Shown piece after piece: positions 48,753 through 59,444 of a DNA stretch of 64,000 nucleotides. How positions within the stretch are numbered: position 1 is the stretch's first letter; each line of letters begins with the position of its first letter. Source of the stretch: an uncultured Candidatus Saccharibacteria bacterium (GTDB taxonomy: Bacteria; Patescibacteriota; Saccharimonadia; CAILAD01; BJGX01); the NCBI GenBank assembly GCA_964610335.1, contig CAZSVP010000002.1, forward strand, positions 78,376-142,375, read 5' to 3'. Under the pieces are notes generated by a model. That model ran no database searches and was not told where the DNA came from. It saw only the letters and a program-made list of their open reading frames with translations. The translations under genes and the position numbers were made by a program.

Positions 48753-51223
48753 TAGACCCCTGTAGCTACCTTGAACTCTACCTTGTCTGATTTGGCTGAC
48801 ACCGTTACGATATCACCGGACTTAATGAAGCCTTCGAGCATCTCATGTGCCAACTTGTCTTCGACAAAACTCTGGATGGCTCGACGCATTGGACGAGCAC
48901 CATTCTGGGGATCATAGCCTTCTTTCAAAAGCAGTTTTTTGAGAGTTTCACTAAAACGTAGATTTATCTCTTTGGCTGCCAAACGTCGTGCCAAATCACG
49001 CAACTGAAGATTTACAATGCTACGCAAGTCGTTTTGAGTAAGTGGCTTAAACACTACCACGTGGTCGATACGGTTAAGAAACTCTGGGCGAAACATCTTC
49101 TTAAGCTCATCTTTGAGTTTGCGTTCCATCGTCTTATGTATCTTGTTAAACTTGGATTCTTCGGCTGGTGTGTCGGTGCTAAATCCTATCTGTGCTTCTT
49201 CAAACAATGCTTTGGCGCCAACATTGCTGGTCATAATGATGATAGTATTACGGAAGTCTACCTTGCGACCTTTGGCATCGGTCAGTACACCGTCTTCAAG
49301 AATTTGCAGTAACATATTGAACACATCCGGATGAGCCTTCTCGATTTCGTCAAAAAGTATTAGGCTATATGGCTTACGTCGAACTTTTTCGGTTAGCTGA
49401 CCGCCGTCATCGTACCCAACATAACCTGCGGGTGCGCCAACCAAGCGAGCTACGTTATGTTTCTCCATAAACTCACTCATGTCGACTTTGATCATGGCGT
49501 CTTTGTCGTTGAACAACTCTTCAGCTAGCACACGCGCCAATTCAGTTTTACCAACCCCGGTTGGGCCGAGAAATATAAAAGAACCGATCGGACGAGATTC
49601 GTCAGCAATACCAGTTCTACTGCGCTGGATAGCCTTGGCTACAGCATCAACCGCCTCATCTTGACCAATCACATGTTGTTTGAGGGTCTTGTCGAGATTA
49701 CGCAGTGCTTCAGTCTCGAAATTAACTAGCTTGGTAATTGGTATGCCGGTAGTTAGAGAAATTACAGCTGCTACGTCTTCGGCAGTGACCTTAGGACGTT
49801 TTTCGGTATCATCAGCCTCTTTGTTGATCTTAGTCTCTAGCACACTAGCCTCCGACTTAAGCCGAGCTGCGTATTCGAAGTCTTGATTGTAAACAGCCTC
49901 GTCTATCTGACTCATAAGATCACTAAGCTTGGTCTTGACCTTCTTGCTAGCACGGGTAACACCACTATTCTTAATACGAGTTTGGGCAGCTGCCTCGTCG
50001 ATTAGATCAATTGCCTTGTCAGGCAAGAACCGATCTGCAATATAGCGCTTAGCGAGTTTGGCAGCTTGCTCAATAGCTTCTTCAGTAATTATGACATGGT
50101 GAAAATCTTCGTAGCGCTTATTGAGTCCATTGAGAACTTCAATAGTTTCTTCAACTGTTGCCTCTGGCACAATTACCGGTTGGAATCGACGCTCTAGCGC
50201 GCTATCTTTCTCGATATGTTTGCGATATTCATCGATAGTGGTAGCGCCAATAGTCTGCACTTCACCTCGAGCCAAAGCTGGTTTTAAGATATTGGCAGCA
50301 TCTATAGCACCCTCGGCTGAGCCTGCACCTACCACAGTATGCAGCTCATCTATAAACAATATCACCTCAGGCGTAGCGACAGCTTCGTCAATCACTTTCT
50401 TGAGACGTTCTTCAAATTCACCGCGAAACTTAGTACCGGCAATCAATGTAGCCATATCTAGCATAACAATACGTTTGCCATTAAGCATCTCTGGGACTTG
50501 CTCGTCTACAATACGCTTGGCCAGACCTTCTACGATGGCGGTCTTACCAACCCCTGGCTCGCCGATCAGTACTGGGTTATTCTTGGTGCGGCGATTAAGT
50601 ATAGAGATCATACGTTCTAGTTGAGCCTCCCGGCCAATCATTGGGTCCAACTTGTCATCGCGTGCTTTTTGCGTGAGATCGATACCGAAGTGGTCTAGAC
50701 CTGGGGTTTTGGAGTTAGCTTTTTTATTACCCTGGCCTTGTTGCGACTGCGATAAGTACTGCTGCGACTGTAGATGTTGCTCAATATCAGCTCGAATAGT
50801 ATTGGGGTCGATATCGGCAGTACGCAATAAGCTGTTGGCTCGCGAATTCTTTTGGCTCAGTATGGCGTAAAGTAAATGTTCAGTACCCGCATACGGTTGA
50901 CCAAACTGCTGAGCAACTCGCAGTGCTAGTGCCAAAGTTCGTTTGGCAGCATCACTTAGATCAATAAACTGCGGTGCCATGTTGGGATCAGCAGCAGTCG
51001 ATGACTGCATGTTGCTCAAGTCAATCTTATCTAGACTTACACCAGCATCAGCAAGCAGGCGGGCACCGAGCGAAGTGTTACTCTTGAGAATACCAACTAT
51101 CAGGTGCTCAGTACCAACGTATGAGCTACCAGTACCCAACGCAAACTGTCCAGCATATTCCAAACTCTTCTTGGCATTCTGCGTAAAACGATCAAATTGT
51201 GCGGGAAACTGTTCTTCTTGCAT
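48752..51223 (-). CDS. clpC: ATP-dependent Clp protease ATP-binding subunit ClpC
   Basis: 823 aa with two Clp_N repeats, two AAA modules ([16 protein letters not shown]) and a short middle linker. Confidence 0.92.
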
Positions 51224-51277
51224 GTGTAAGTCCTCTCCTACTTATTGTGCCACAAAAATGGCATTACCACATCCTTG

Positions 51278-52501
51278 TTAAGCTTTGGTTTGATCTTTTT
51301 TGTCGACCTTTTCTGTTGGTTCTTCATCTTCCTTACTGTCAGGTTTAACTTCGGAAGCTGGCTCATCACCAGGTGCGATACTAGCAATCAATGAGTCTTC
51401 CAAATCACCAGTGCGTTTTTTGACAGGTTTGTCGGCACTAGCCTCAGCTGTGGCTTCAACACCAGCCTCATCGGCACCATCAATATCTACATTCCAGCCA
51501 GTTAGCTTAGCCGCCAAACGTACGTTTTGACCAGCTTTACCAATTGCAAGGCTAAGTTGGTCTTCGGGTACCTTCACCAAAGCCTTCTTATCTTCTTCAT
51601 TTAGTTTTACCGACACTACCTTGGTAGGCGATAGTGCAGAAGCAATATATTCGGCTGGATCGTCACTATAGTTGATGATGTCAATCTTCTCTTCACCCAG
51701 CTCGGCCATCACAGCCTGAACACGGCTACCCCTACCGCCCACAAAAGTACCAACAGGATCTACGCCTTCGGCATTACTCTTGACGGCTATCTTTGTGCGA
51801 CCTCCAGCTTCGCGAGCGATTCCTGATATCTCTACTGTACCGGCAGCTATTTCGGGTACTTCCATTTCGAATAGTTTTCTAATCATCTCAGGATGAGTGC
51901 GACTAACTACTATTTGTGGCCCACGCTGTGTCTGCTCTACTCTTACTACGTAAACCTTAATACGTTGGCCAGGGTAGTAGCGCTCGCCATTGATCTGATC
52001 GTTCGGAAAAATTACGCCTGTGGCTTTGCCAAGATCTACATAAACATTGCCATTCTCCATACGCTGAACTGTGGTGTTTACCAGAGTACCTTCTTTGTCT
52101 GTAAACTCAGAAAAGATCACTTCGCGCTCAGCTTCGCGAATGCGTTGTACTATTACTTGCTTGGCAGTTTGTGCTGCTACTCGGCCAAACTCATTTTCAT
52201 GGACCTCAAATTCCACCATATCACCGAGCTTGGCATCGTCTTTGAGTTTCTTGGCTTCATCTAGACTAATCTGAATATCTGGGTGCTCCACTGTCTCAAC
52301 AGCTTCTTTGCTCACAAATATGCGTGATTCGGCTGTGTTTGGATCAAACACCACGCGGACTTCTTGGTCTTTGTCACCAAAGTCTTTTTTGTAGGCGGCA
52401 GCAAGCGCTGCTTCAATCGCTTCTATAACTACTTCTTTACTTAGACCTTTTTCTTCGCAAATCTGATCGATTGCTGATCCAAACTGGTTGTTCTGGTTCA
52501 T
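51278..52501 (-). CDS. nusA: Transcription termination/antitermination factor NusA (acidic C-terminal tail)
   Basis: N-terminal domain, S1 and two KH domains; start taken at MNQNNQ with an upstream AAAGGAAAG. Confidence 0.88.
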   Translation of the reverse strand: MNQNNQFGSAIDQICEEKGLSKEVVIEAIEAALAAAYKKDFGDKDQEVRVVFDPNTAESRIFVSKEAVETVEHPDIQISLDEAKKLKDDAKLGDMVEFEVHENEFGRVAAQTAKQVIVQRIREAEREVIFSEFTDKEGTLVNTTVQRMENGNVYVDLGKATGVIFPNDQINGERYYPGQRIKVYVVRVEQTQRGPQIVVSRTHPEMIRKLFEMEVPEIAAGTVEISGIAREAGGRTKIAVKSNAEGVDPVGTFVGGRGSRVQAVMAELGEEKIDIINYSDDPAEYIASALSPTKVVSVKLNEEDKKALVKVPEDQLSLAIGKAGQNVRLAAKLTGWNVDIDGADEAGVEATAEASADKPVKKRTGDLEDSLIASIAPGDEPASEVKPDSKEDEEPTEKVDKKDQTKA

Positions 52502-52658
52502 GTTTGTTCTTTCCTTTCGATTATTCAATTGTGCTGAAATTGAGAATAAAAAAGTCGGCACACTTTTATGTTAGTAAACCGACTGATATCCTTCCCGTAT
52601 CAGAATAATTCCATTTTAGGCAATTGGCACTCGACTGTCAAGAGTGCTAAATAAGTTT

Positions 52659-53030
52659 TTACGATAATTCTGCAATTACTGCGTTTTCGATGTATTCTAA
52701 TCTGGGATTTGCTAACTCTCCCTCTACTGCAATTACATCGATTCGCTTGCCATAGACATCGTAGCGGGGGTTTTCGCTGAGCCAGAGCTGGGCCGCAAAT
52801 TGCAGCTGTTGGGCTTTGTGGAAGCCAACTGCACTGATCGCTCCGCCATGTGAGCTACTGTGACGATACTTCACCTCCACAAATACCAGCTCGGATCGAT
52901 TGTGCGCAATAATATCAATTTCGCAAAAGCGATTCCGAAAATTTCGTTTGATAATTTTATAACTATGAGCCTTAAGATATTCACAGGCTAGCTCTTCAGC
53001 TCGCTGACCATCTAATATGTGTTGTGCCAT
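52659..53030 (-). CDS. yraN: YraN/UPF0102 family endonuclease
   Basis: 123 aa with YraN-like core (GEQRAEELACEYL...EIDIIA...VFVEVKYR). Confidence 0.8.
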   Translation of the reverse strand: MAQHILDGQRAEELACEYLKAHSYKIIKRNFRNRFCEIDIIAHNRSELVFVEVKYRHSSSHGGAISAVGFHKAQQLQFAAQLWLSENPRYDVYGKRIDVIAVEGELANPRLEYIENAVIAELS

Positions 53031-53086
53031 TGCTCAATTGTAAAACAGCCTCTAGTATCAGCGCGAGCATAAGTCTAAACGCAGCA

Positions 53087-53116
53087 GCCCCCGATTCACA
53101 ATGTGGAATCGGGGGC
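53087..53116 (-). terminator. Hairpin terminator (GCCCCCGATTC-loop-GAATCGGGGGC) after a high-GC ORF
   Basis: 11-bp stem lying 20 nt downstream of the stop at 53139 (minus strand). Confidence 0.6.
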
Positions 53117-53138
53117 GTAGCCGCAGGACAGCAGGTGA

Positions 53139-53666
53139 TCAACCGACGTGGACAGTCTGGCCGACGATGGGCTTCTCTGGTGGCTGGGCCATGTCGGCGC
53201 GCAGCGAGTTGCGGATGCTTGTGACCTTGGCATCGTCAGGTTGGTCGCCCTTGCCCAGTTGTCGATCGCGAGCATCGCGCTCGCGCGTGTTGGCGGCCCA
53301 CTCGGCCTCGGACTTGAAGCCATCGAGATAAAGCAGCCATCGCTTCCAGACCTCGTAGGCACGCTTGACGCGATCGATGTCTGCTGGACGAGCGATGATG
53401 AGCTTGAAGCTGATCGTATGTTCCTTGGTATCGACAGTGATTGCCTCGTCGCCGATGGCTCGCAGCATGGCCTTGAGCACCTTACGGAACTCCGGCCTGA
53501 TGTAGTAGCACATCCCCAGGTCGTCGAGCATGCCACGGTCCACTTCGAACTGGTACCCGTGCTGACCGATCTCGCCGTACATGACGTCGTGGTAGCCCAG
53601 AGAATCGTCCTCATGCCAGACGGCTCTGAACAGCGTGTCGGTTGTGTATTCGTATTTCTTGGACAT
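53139..53666 (-). CDS. Hypothetical protein (about 60% GC)
   Basis: 175 aa; RBS GGGAGG; upstream promoter TTGTAA-17-TATACT. Confidence 0.6.
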   Translation of the reverse strand: MSKKYEYTTDTLFRAVWHEDDSLGYHDVMYGEIGQHGYQFEVDRGMLDDLGMCYYIRPEFRKVLKAMLRAIGDEAITVDTKEHTISFKLIIARPADIDRVKRAYEVWKRWLLYLDGFKSEAEWAANTRERDARDRQLGKGDQPDDAKVTSIRNSLRADMAQPPEKPIVGQTVHVG

Positions 53667-53737
53667 GGTTGCCTCCCTGCGGCAAGATCAAATGCAAGAG
53701 ACCATCTCCAACATTCGGCGGTAGTATACAATAAAAG

Positions 53738-54349
53738 CTAAGTATTTACAATATTTTTGCAGAAGCTCTGGCGGTGCAGATCGGTGAGACCATGTTCGGC
53801 AATGGCATTACGATGAGATTTGGTAGCGTAGCCTACATTGGTATCCCAACAGTACTCGGGATATCGTTTGCAAAACTCATACATGTAGTTGTCACGAGCG
53901 ACTTTGGCGATGATACTAGCCGCCGCCACACAAGCCACTTTCTGATCAGCCTTCACAAGTGTCTCAGCAATTTCAAAATCAGCCAAATAGTTATAGTTGC
54001 CATCGATTATGATTGAGCTAACATCAGCGTCGAGCTCTTCGAGCGCGCGCTCGTAAGCAAGCGTTACCGCCCAAGTCATGCCCATCTCGTCTATCTCAGT
54101 ATTACTCACCCAGCCTATCCCACAGCCAACTGCCTTAGCTCGAATTTTGGGTGCCAACAATTCGCGAGCTTCCCGATTGAGCATCTTGGAATCATGCAGA
54201 CGAAGCCGGCAGTTCTTGGGTAATACTACAGCCGCAGCCACTAGCGGTCCGGCCAAACAACCACGACCAACTTCGTCGATGCCACATATCAAAACTTTGC
54301 CATCACGGCGCAATTTGTTCTCCATAGTATAACTCGCACTCACCCTCAT
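53738..54349 (-). CDS. rnhB: Ribonuclease HII
   Basis: Motifs GIDEVGRG and DSK; the start may be the internal Met (MENKL). Confidence 0.9.
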   Translation of the reverse strand: MRVSASYTMENKLRRDGKVLICGIDEVGRGCLAGPLVAAAVVLPKNCRLRLHDSKMLNREARELLAPKIRAKAVGCGIGWVSNTEIDEMGMTWAVTLAYERALEELDADVSSIIIDGNYNYLADFEIAETLVKADQKVACVAAASIIAKVARDNYMYEFCKRYPEYCWDTNVGYATKSHRNAIAEHGLTDLHRQSFCKNIVNT

Positions 54350-54390
54350 ACAACTTAGTATTAATTAAAACGTAATAAGTGGCAAGTACT

Positions 54391-54510
54391 AAAACAAAAG
54401 TAGCCTTGTAAGATACAAGGCGTGATTGAGGATCGGAGTAAGGCGTAGATTACTACGTTGAACGAGAACCGGAGATCACAACGCAGTAGTTTGCAGGCTA
54501 CTTTTGTTTT
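54391..54510 (-). terminator. Large structured rplS 3' element: 15-bp inverted repeat (AAAACAAAAGTAGCC / GGCTACTTTTGTTTT) enclosing nested hairpins
   Basis: The 5' arm overlaps the rplS stop/last codons; the 3' arm ends in a U-run on the minus strand; inner hairpins CTTGTAagaTACAAG and a GATTACTACGT motif. Confidence 0.55.
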
Positions 54511-55169
54511 TTTGCGGCTTTGTCGAGACCTTCTTGCACTTCGTCAGCAGGCGCCTGAGCCTCGTCGTCTTCTAACGCTTGTTTTTCTTCTTTGGGAGCA
54601 CTGGCAGGCACATCGTCTTGAGATGCCGAAGCATCTTCCTTGGCAGCAGCTTTGTCTTCCTTCTTCACTTCAGTATCAATCTCTTCGGTATCAGCTTGGT
54701 TGAGCGCGTCGTCTTTAGCAGCCTTGTCGGATTCTTTCGCTTCGGCTTCAACAATCTTAGCTTGTTCTTCGGCTGCAATATCTTGTGCTGTTCGGCCATC
54801 GGCTTGGTTGGCAGCGGTCTTGTCAAAATCAGCCTCTGCCATACGGGCAGATTTACCTTGGCGGGCACGCATGTAGGTTAAGAAAGCACGACGTACCTTG
54901 CTGCGCTTCATTACTTCGATCTTTTCGACATTGGGGCTATGTACAAACCAACTCTTTTCTACGCCTACTCCACTAGTAATCTTACGTACAGTTATATAAG
55001 CGGCCAGGCTATTGACCTTGCGATAACGAATCACCAAACCTTCAAATACCTGGATACGGCTCTTGTTACCTTCACGGATTTTTTGGTGCACACGTACAGT
55101 ATCACCAACTCGCACATCAGCGATTTTGGCCTTCTTCATCGAGTTTTCGAGCACATCGATCTTGTTCAT
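54498..55169 (-). CDS. rplS: 50S ribosomal protein L19 with a ~105-aa acidic/Lys-rich C-terminal extension
   Basis: N-terminal 115 aa match L19 (VRVGDTVRVH...); low-complexity E/K/A/D tail after RARQGKSARM. Confidence 0.9.
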   Translation of the reverse strand: MNKIDVLENSMKKAKIADVRVGDTVRVHQKIREGNKSRIQVFEGLVIRYRKVNSLAAYITVRKITSGVGVEKSWFVHSPNVEKIEVMKRSKVRRAFLTYMRARQGKSARMAEADFDKTAANQADGRTAQDIAAEEQAKIVEAEAKESDKAAKDDALNQADTEEIDTEVKKEDKAAAKEDASASQDDVPASAPKEEKQALEDDEAQAPADEVQEGLDKAAKKQK

Positions 55170-55240
55170 AATCGCTCCATTGTAACAGATGTGGCGCTTC
55201 AGGTCAAGACCACAAATAAGCTACTACTAACCTGATATAC

Positions 55241-55269
55241 TTGACAAATATGCATTTTATTGGTATAAT
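55241..55269 (+). promoter_or_regulatory. Consensus promoter TTGACA-17-TGgTATAAT for a high-GC membrane ORF
   Basis: Counted directly: -35 at 55241-55246, -10 at 55264-55269. Confidence 0.7.
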
Positions 55270-55326
55270 GTGTTACGTCCAGATCGGTTTATCTGGAGAA
55301 ATTCGGACCTCAACAGAAGGAATGAC

Positions 55327-55639
55327 CATGTTCGATAGCATTCCACAGTATTTCCGGTACGCACTCGGTGCTGCCGGAATCATCACTGCACTCTTCCTAC
55401 TCGGATGGGTGCTTTCTGCGGCTGCGAACCACCACTGGCATGCAGTCGTCCACTCAGACCAACGCACCGCACGCCGACTTCTGGTGGCCAAATGGGTACT
55501 AGTCCCATGCTACTTCGGTGGCGTGATGGTGGCCATCGGTCTTGTGCCGTCGGCCGCACCATTGATCATGGCGGTCGCGCTGGTGATCGGGTTGACCTGG
55601 GTGATCGTGACGATTCGAATCGAGAATCGACTCGCATAA
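55327..55639 (+). CDS. Hypothetical membrane protein (about 57% GC, 3 TM helices)
   Basis: Start at MTMFDS after AGAAGGAA; the ORF is open from 55241, but that overlaps the promoter. Confidence 0.55.
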
Positions 55640-55662
55640 CCATTCCAATCGTGAGGTTTAAA

Positions 55663-55702
55663 CCCTCCGGGAACACCATCCCCGGAGGGTGTTCTTGTTT
55701 TT
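55663..55702 (+). terminator. Intrinsic terminator (CCCTCCGGG-loop-CCCGGAGGG followed by tgttcttgttttt)
   Basis: 9-bp GC stem plus T-run; overlaps the dnaE stop, so it may serve the convergent genes. Confidence 0.75.
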
Positions 55703-58700
55703 ATACAAATTTAGTAGCCGGCTGACGTTGCAACTTGTAGTTGTCCTTACCAACTAGATCGGCCAAAGTTTGCTGTAGCTCTTGAGTCAGTTCTACACCA
55801 CTCGGCAGCTTCATAGCCTGCCCAGAGCTAGTAAAGAACAACACTACAGGAGTACTGCCCTTGGCACCATCAAGAACGTTCTTGACCTTCATGAGTTGCT
55901 CAGCATCTGTACTATTGGCTAGTCTTAGAAATACAGCAGAGACTGCATGGTCGGAAGGTACTGGAGTATCTGGATTACTTTCAGGCTTTTCTTTTGGTGG
56001 TGGTGAGTGTTTAGCTACGTCAAAGTCGATTTTCTTTACAGCATCTGCCATGATCTTAAGCTCATCAGTAGCATTACCCTCGCGATCTCGAGCATTGATC
56101 TTGCCCTTGATTTCCAAAACAGCATCTTCGACTACCAAGTCTCCGTATTTCTCAAAAGTACGCGGAAACACAATAAGCTCAATCTCACCATCAAGTGTTT
56201 CTAATTGCACAAAAGCCATAGGGTCACCATTCTTGGTATGGATCTTGCGCATGCCGATCACTATCCCACCCACTGTGACAGCCTTATTGTCATCATTGCG
56301 ACCATATTTCTTAATAGTCTCGGTTTTACCAAGTAAGTAATTACGGAAGTCGTCGAGCGGATGTTTGCTTATGTATAACCCCAGCAGTTCCTTCTCCCAC
56401 AACAGCTTTGTACGAGAGTCGCTAACTTCGCTAGGTGGATCGAGTTGCAAAGGCGGAATCTCTGCCTCCATACCCATCGATCCAAAGATATCAATTTGCC
56501 CAGACAGGGCGCTCTTTTGTGCTCGGCCGGCATAGATAGTAATGCGATCCATATTTGCCAGCAACATATCGCGCTCACCAAAGCCATCAAAGGCGCCGCA
56601 CTTAAACAGTGATTCCATAACTTTCTTATTTATCACCGTCGCATCGACACGTCGACAGAAGTCTTCAATTGACTTAAATGCGCCACCATCATCACGGGCC
56701 TCCAGAATTTTCTCAACTGGCCCCATGCCCACATTCTTTATAGCACCAAGCCCAAATCTGATCTTGTTGCTTTTGGGGACTACTGCAAACTCAGCAAAGC
56801 TTTCGTTGATGTCTGGTGGTAATACTTCCAAATCCATCTTCTTGCACTCAGCTACCTCTATAGCAATTCTATCTAAGTTCTCATGGTCGGAAGTGAGCAA
56901 AGCAGCCATAAAAGCTGCCGGATAGTGCGCCTTGAGCCAGGCCGTCTGTACAGCAATCAAGGCATAGCAAGCAGCATGGCTTTTGTTGAAACTATAGGCC
57001 GCAAAGTCCTCGAGGCTCTTCCATAGATCTTCTATGAAATTCTTATCTACTTGGCTAGTCTTAATACCGCCTTCTATAAACTCTTTCTTCATCTTGGCCA
57101 ATACTTCAGGTATCTTCTTACCAATACCCTTACGCAACGTATCGGCTTGGCCACCTGTAAATCCACAGAGATCCTTGGCAATTTGCATTACTTGCTCCTG
57201 GTATACTATTACACCATAAGTGTTTTGCAATGCATCTTGCATCTTGGGGTGCCCATACTGGACAAGTTCGGGGTTGTGCTTGCGATTGATAAAATCGTCG
57301 ATCCACTGCATTGGACCTGGTCTATAAAGCGCACCCATAGCTATGATGTCGTCAAATCGATCAGGCTTGAGCTCGCGCAGATAGCGTTTCATGCCAGCCG
57401 ACTCGAACTGAAATACTCCAGTAGTATCACCACGCGCAAACAGCTCATAGGTAGCTGCGTCATCGATAGGAATTTGAGTAGGGTCTATCTCTTCACCATA
57501 TACCTTGCGCACAATGCGTAATGCATTTTTGATAATAGTAAGGTTGCTCAAGCCCAAGAAATCAAATTTGAGCAGCCCTAGATCTTCAACAGTAGTCCCA
57601 ATAAATTGAGTAGACACACCGCCCTTGGAAGCTCTGGTAAGAGGCAAGAACTTCACCAAACTATCGGGTGCAATTACCACTCCTGCGGCATGCGTGCCTG
57701 CATTGCGAATTGTGCCTTCAAGTTGCATAGCCACATCTATGATTTGCTTGGCTTGCGGGTTGCGCTGGTACTCAGCTTGTAACTCAGGGTCATCCACTAT
57801 GAGCTTGGCGAGTTGAATATGCCGACCTTGCACGGGGGCAGGGATCTTTTTGGCTATGGCATCAACCTCGCCATAGGGTATGCCAAGTACGCGCCCGGTG
57901 TCACGCACTGCATTGCGTGCTGCCATAATGCCAAATGTTATAATCTGAGCTACTTGTTCGTGACCATACTTTTCAGTAGCGTAGGCAATTACTTCTTCTC
58001 GACGATCGTCGGCGTAGTCCATATCGATATCCGGCATGCTTATACGATCCGGGTTGAGAAACCGTTCAAATAGTAGATCATACTTCAGTGGGTCGAGCTC
58101 AGTGATGCCAGTAGCATAAGAGATGATGCTGCCAGCAGCACTACCGCGGCCTGGGCCACAAATAATACCTTGATTCTTAGACCAATTGATAAGATCCGCT
58201 ACAATCAGCATATAGCCTTCGTAGCCCATATCACCTATTACACGCAGCTCAAACTCAATCCTGTCTAACACCTCCGGACTTAGCTTTGGTTTTACTTTGG
58301 CTTCAGTTAAATCACTAACCTCCTGTTTACTAAAGCCACCGTAGCGATAGCCCGCACCTTCGAATACCAATTTGCGTAAATAGCTTTTTTCGGTCTCGCC
58401 CTTTGGTACTTCAAAGCGAGGAATTAGAATCTTGCCCAGCTCAATCTCAAGCTGACACATACTGGCAATCCTTACTGTGTTGGATATAGCTTCGGGATGG
58501 TCAGGAAATTTCTCCAACATTGCAGCACCACTATTGACCGACAAGTCCATCTCCAACTTCATGCGATTGGGCTGTTCGACAGTTGAACCCGTTTGGACAC
58601 AAAGCAAGATATCGTGGGCGTAGTGATGATCACTGTCAGTGTAGTGTGCATCACCGGTTACTACCAACGGTATGCCAGTTACCTTAGATATTTTTTGGAC

Positions 58701-59333
58701 ACCCTCATTGACCTTGCGCTGAAACTCTTGTTCAATATGCGGTTGCATCTCCAAGTAGTAGTGGTCTTTACCAAAAATATTCTGATACCACTTAGCCGTC
58801 TCAAGTGCACGCTCAAACTCATCGTTGAGTATGTATGTCCCTACCTCACCCCCAGCACAACCCGACAGCACTACTAACCCTTCACGGTATTTTTCTAGAA
58901 GCTCATGATCTACCCGAGGCTTGTAGTAAAAACCTTCGAGATTTGCGATAGTACTAAGTCTCATAAGGTTTTGATAGCCTAGCTGATTTTGTGCTAGCAA
59001 CGTCAAATGATATGGATTGCGGTCTTCGGCGCTACTCTTGTCAGTATGTTTTCGTGGCGCCACATAGGTCTCGAGTCCTATGATCGGCTTGATACCCCGC
59101 TCGACGCAGGCTTTATAAAATTCAATAGCACCACTTAGGCTTCCATGATCAGTTATGGCTACGGCAGTTTGACCCAACAACTCAACCTTACTGACTAGCT
59201 GGGGTACTTTTTGTAATCCATCGAGTAAACTGTAGTGAGTATGATTATGGAGATGCACAAAGTCTACAAAGCCTTTTGCCTTGCGGGCTTTCTCAATTAC
59301 TTCATTCTTTTCTACCTCACTCACGTCAGCCAT
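55701..59333 (-). CDS. dnaE: DNA polymerase III alpha subunit
   Basis: 1210 aa with PHP domain HLHNHTHYSLLDG, Pol III alpha core and C-terminal OB fold. Confidence 0.95.
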   Translation of the reverse strand: MADVSEVEKNEVIEKARKAKGFVDFVHLHNHTHYSLLDGLQKVPQLVSKVELLGQTAVAITDHGSLSGAIEFYKACVERGIKPIIGLETYVAPRKHTDKSSAEDRNPYHLTLLAQNQLGYQNLMRLSTIANLEGFYYKPRVDHELLEKYREGLVVLSGCAGGEVGTYILNDEFERALETAKWYQNIFGKDHYYLEMQPHIEQEFQRKVNEGVQKISKVTGIPLVVTGDAHYTDSDHHYAHDILLCVQTGSTVEQPNRMKLEMDLSVNSGAAMLEKFPDHPEAISNTVRIASMCQLEIELGKILIPRFEVPKGETEKSYLRKLVFEGAGYRYGGFSKQEVSDLTEAKVKPKLSPEVLDRIEFELRVIGDMGYEGYMLIVADLINWSKNQGIICGPGRGSAAGSIISYATGITELDPLKYDLLFERFLNPDRISMPDIDMDYADDRREEVIAYATEKYGHEQVAQIITFGIMAARNAVRDTGRVLGIPYGEVDAIAKKIPAPVQGRHIQLAKLIVDDPELQAEYQRNPQAKQIIDVAMQLEGTIRNAGTHAAGVVIAPDSLVKFLPLTRASKGGVSTQFIGTTVEDLGLLKFDFLGLSNLTIIKNALRIVRKVYGEEIDPTQIPIDDAATYELFARGDTTGVFQFESAGMKRYLRELKPDRFDDIIAMGALYRPGPMQWIDDFINRKHNPELVQYGHPKMQDALQNTYGVIVYQEQVMQIAKDLCGFTGGQADTLRKGIGKKIPEVLAKMKKEFIEGGIKTSQVDKNFIEDLWKSLEDFAAYSFNKSHAACYALIAVQTAWLKAHYPAAFMAALLTSDHENLDRIAIEVAECKKMDLEVLPPDINESFAEFAVVPKSNKIRFGLGAIKNVGMGPVEKILEARDDGGAFKSIEDFCRRVDATVINKKVMESLFKCGAFDGFGERDMLLANMDRITIYAGRAQKSALSGQIDIFGSMGMEAEIPPLQLDPPSEVSDSRTKLLWEKELLGLYISKHPLDDFRNYLLGKTETIKKYGRNDDNKAVTVGGIVIGMRKIHTKNGDPMAFVQLETLDGEIELIVFPRTFEKYGDLVVEDAVLEIKGKINARDREGNATDELKIMADAVKKIDFDVAKHSPPPKEKPESNPDTPVPSDHAVSAVFLRLANSTDAEQLMKVKNVLDGAKGSTPVVLFFTSSGQAMKLPSGVELTQELQQTLADLVGKDNYKLQRQPATKFV

Positions 59334-59370
59334 ATACCCATTGTACTAGAACCATCCACACTAATTAAGC

Positions 59371-59399
59371 TTGAATATGTTGTAATTATGATCTATAAT
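59371..59399 (+). promoter_or_regulatory. Consensus promoter TTGAAT-17-TATAAT for a high-GC ORF
   Basis: -35 at 59371-59376, -10 at 59394-59399. Confidence 0.7.
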
Positions 59400-59444
59400 A
59401 CCGCTCACCGTTGGTAGACCACCAGGATCACTAAGGAGGTGACT

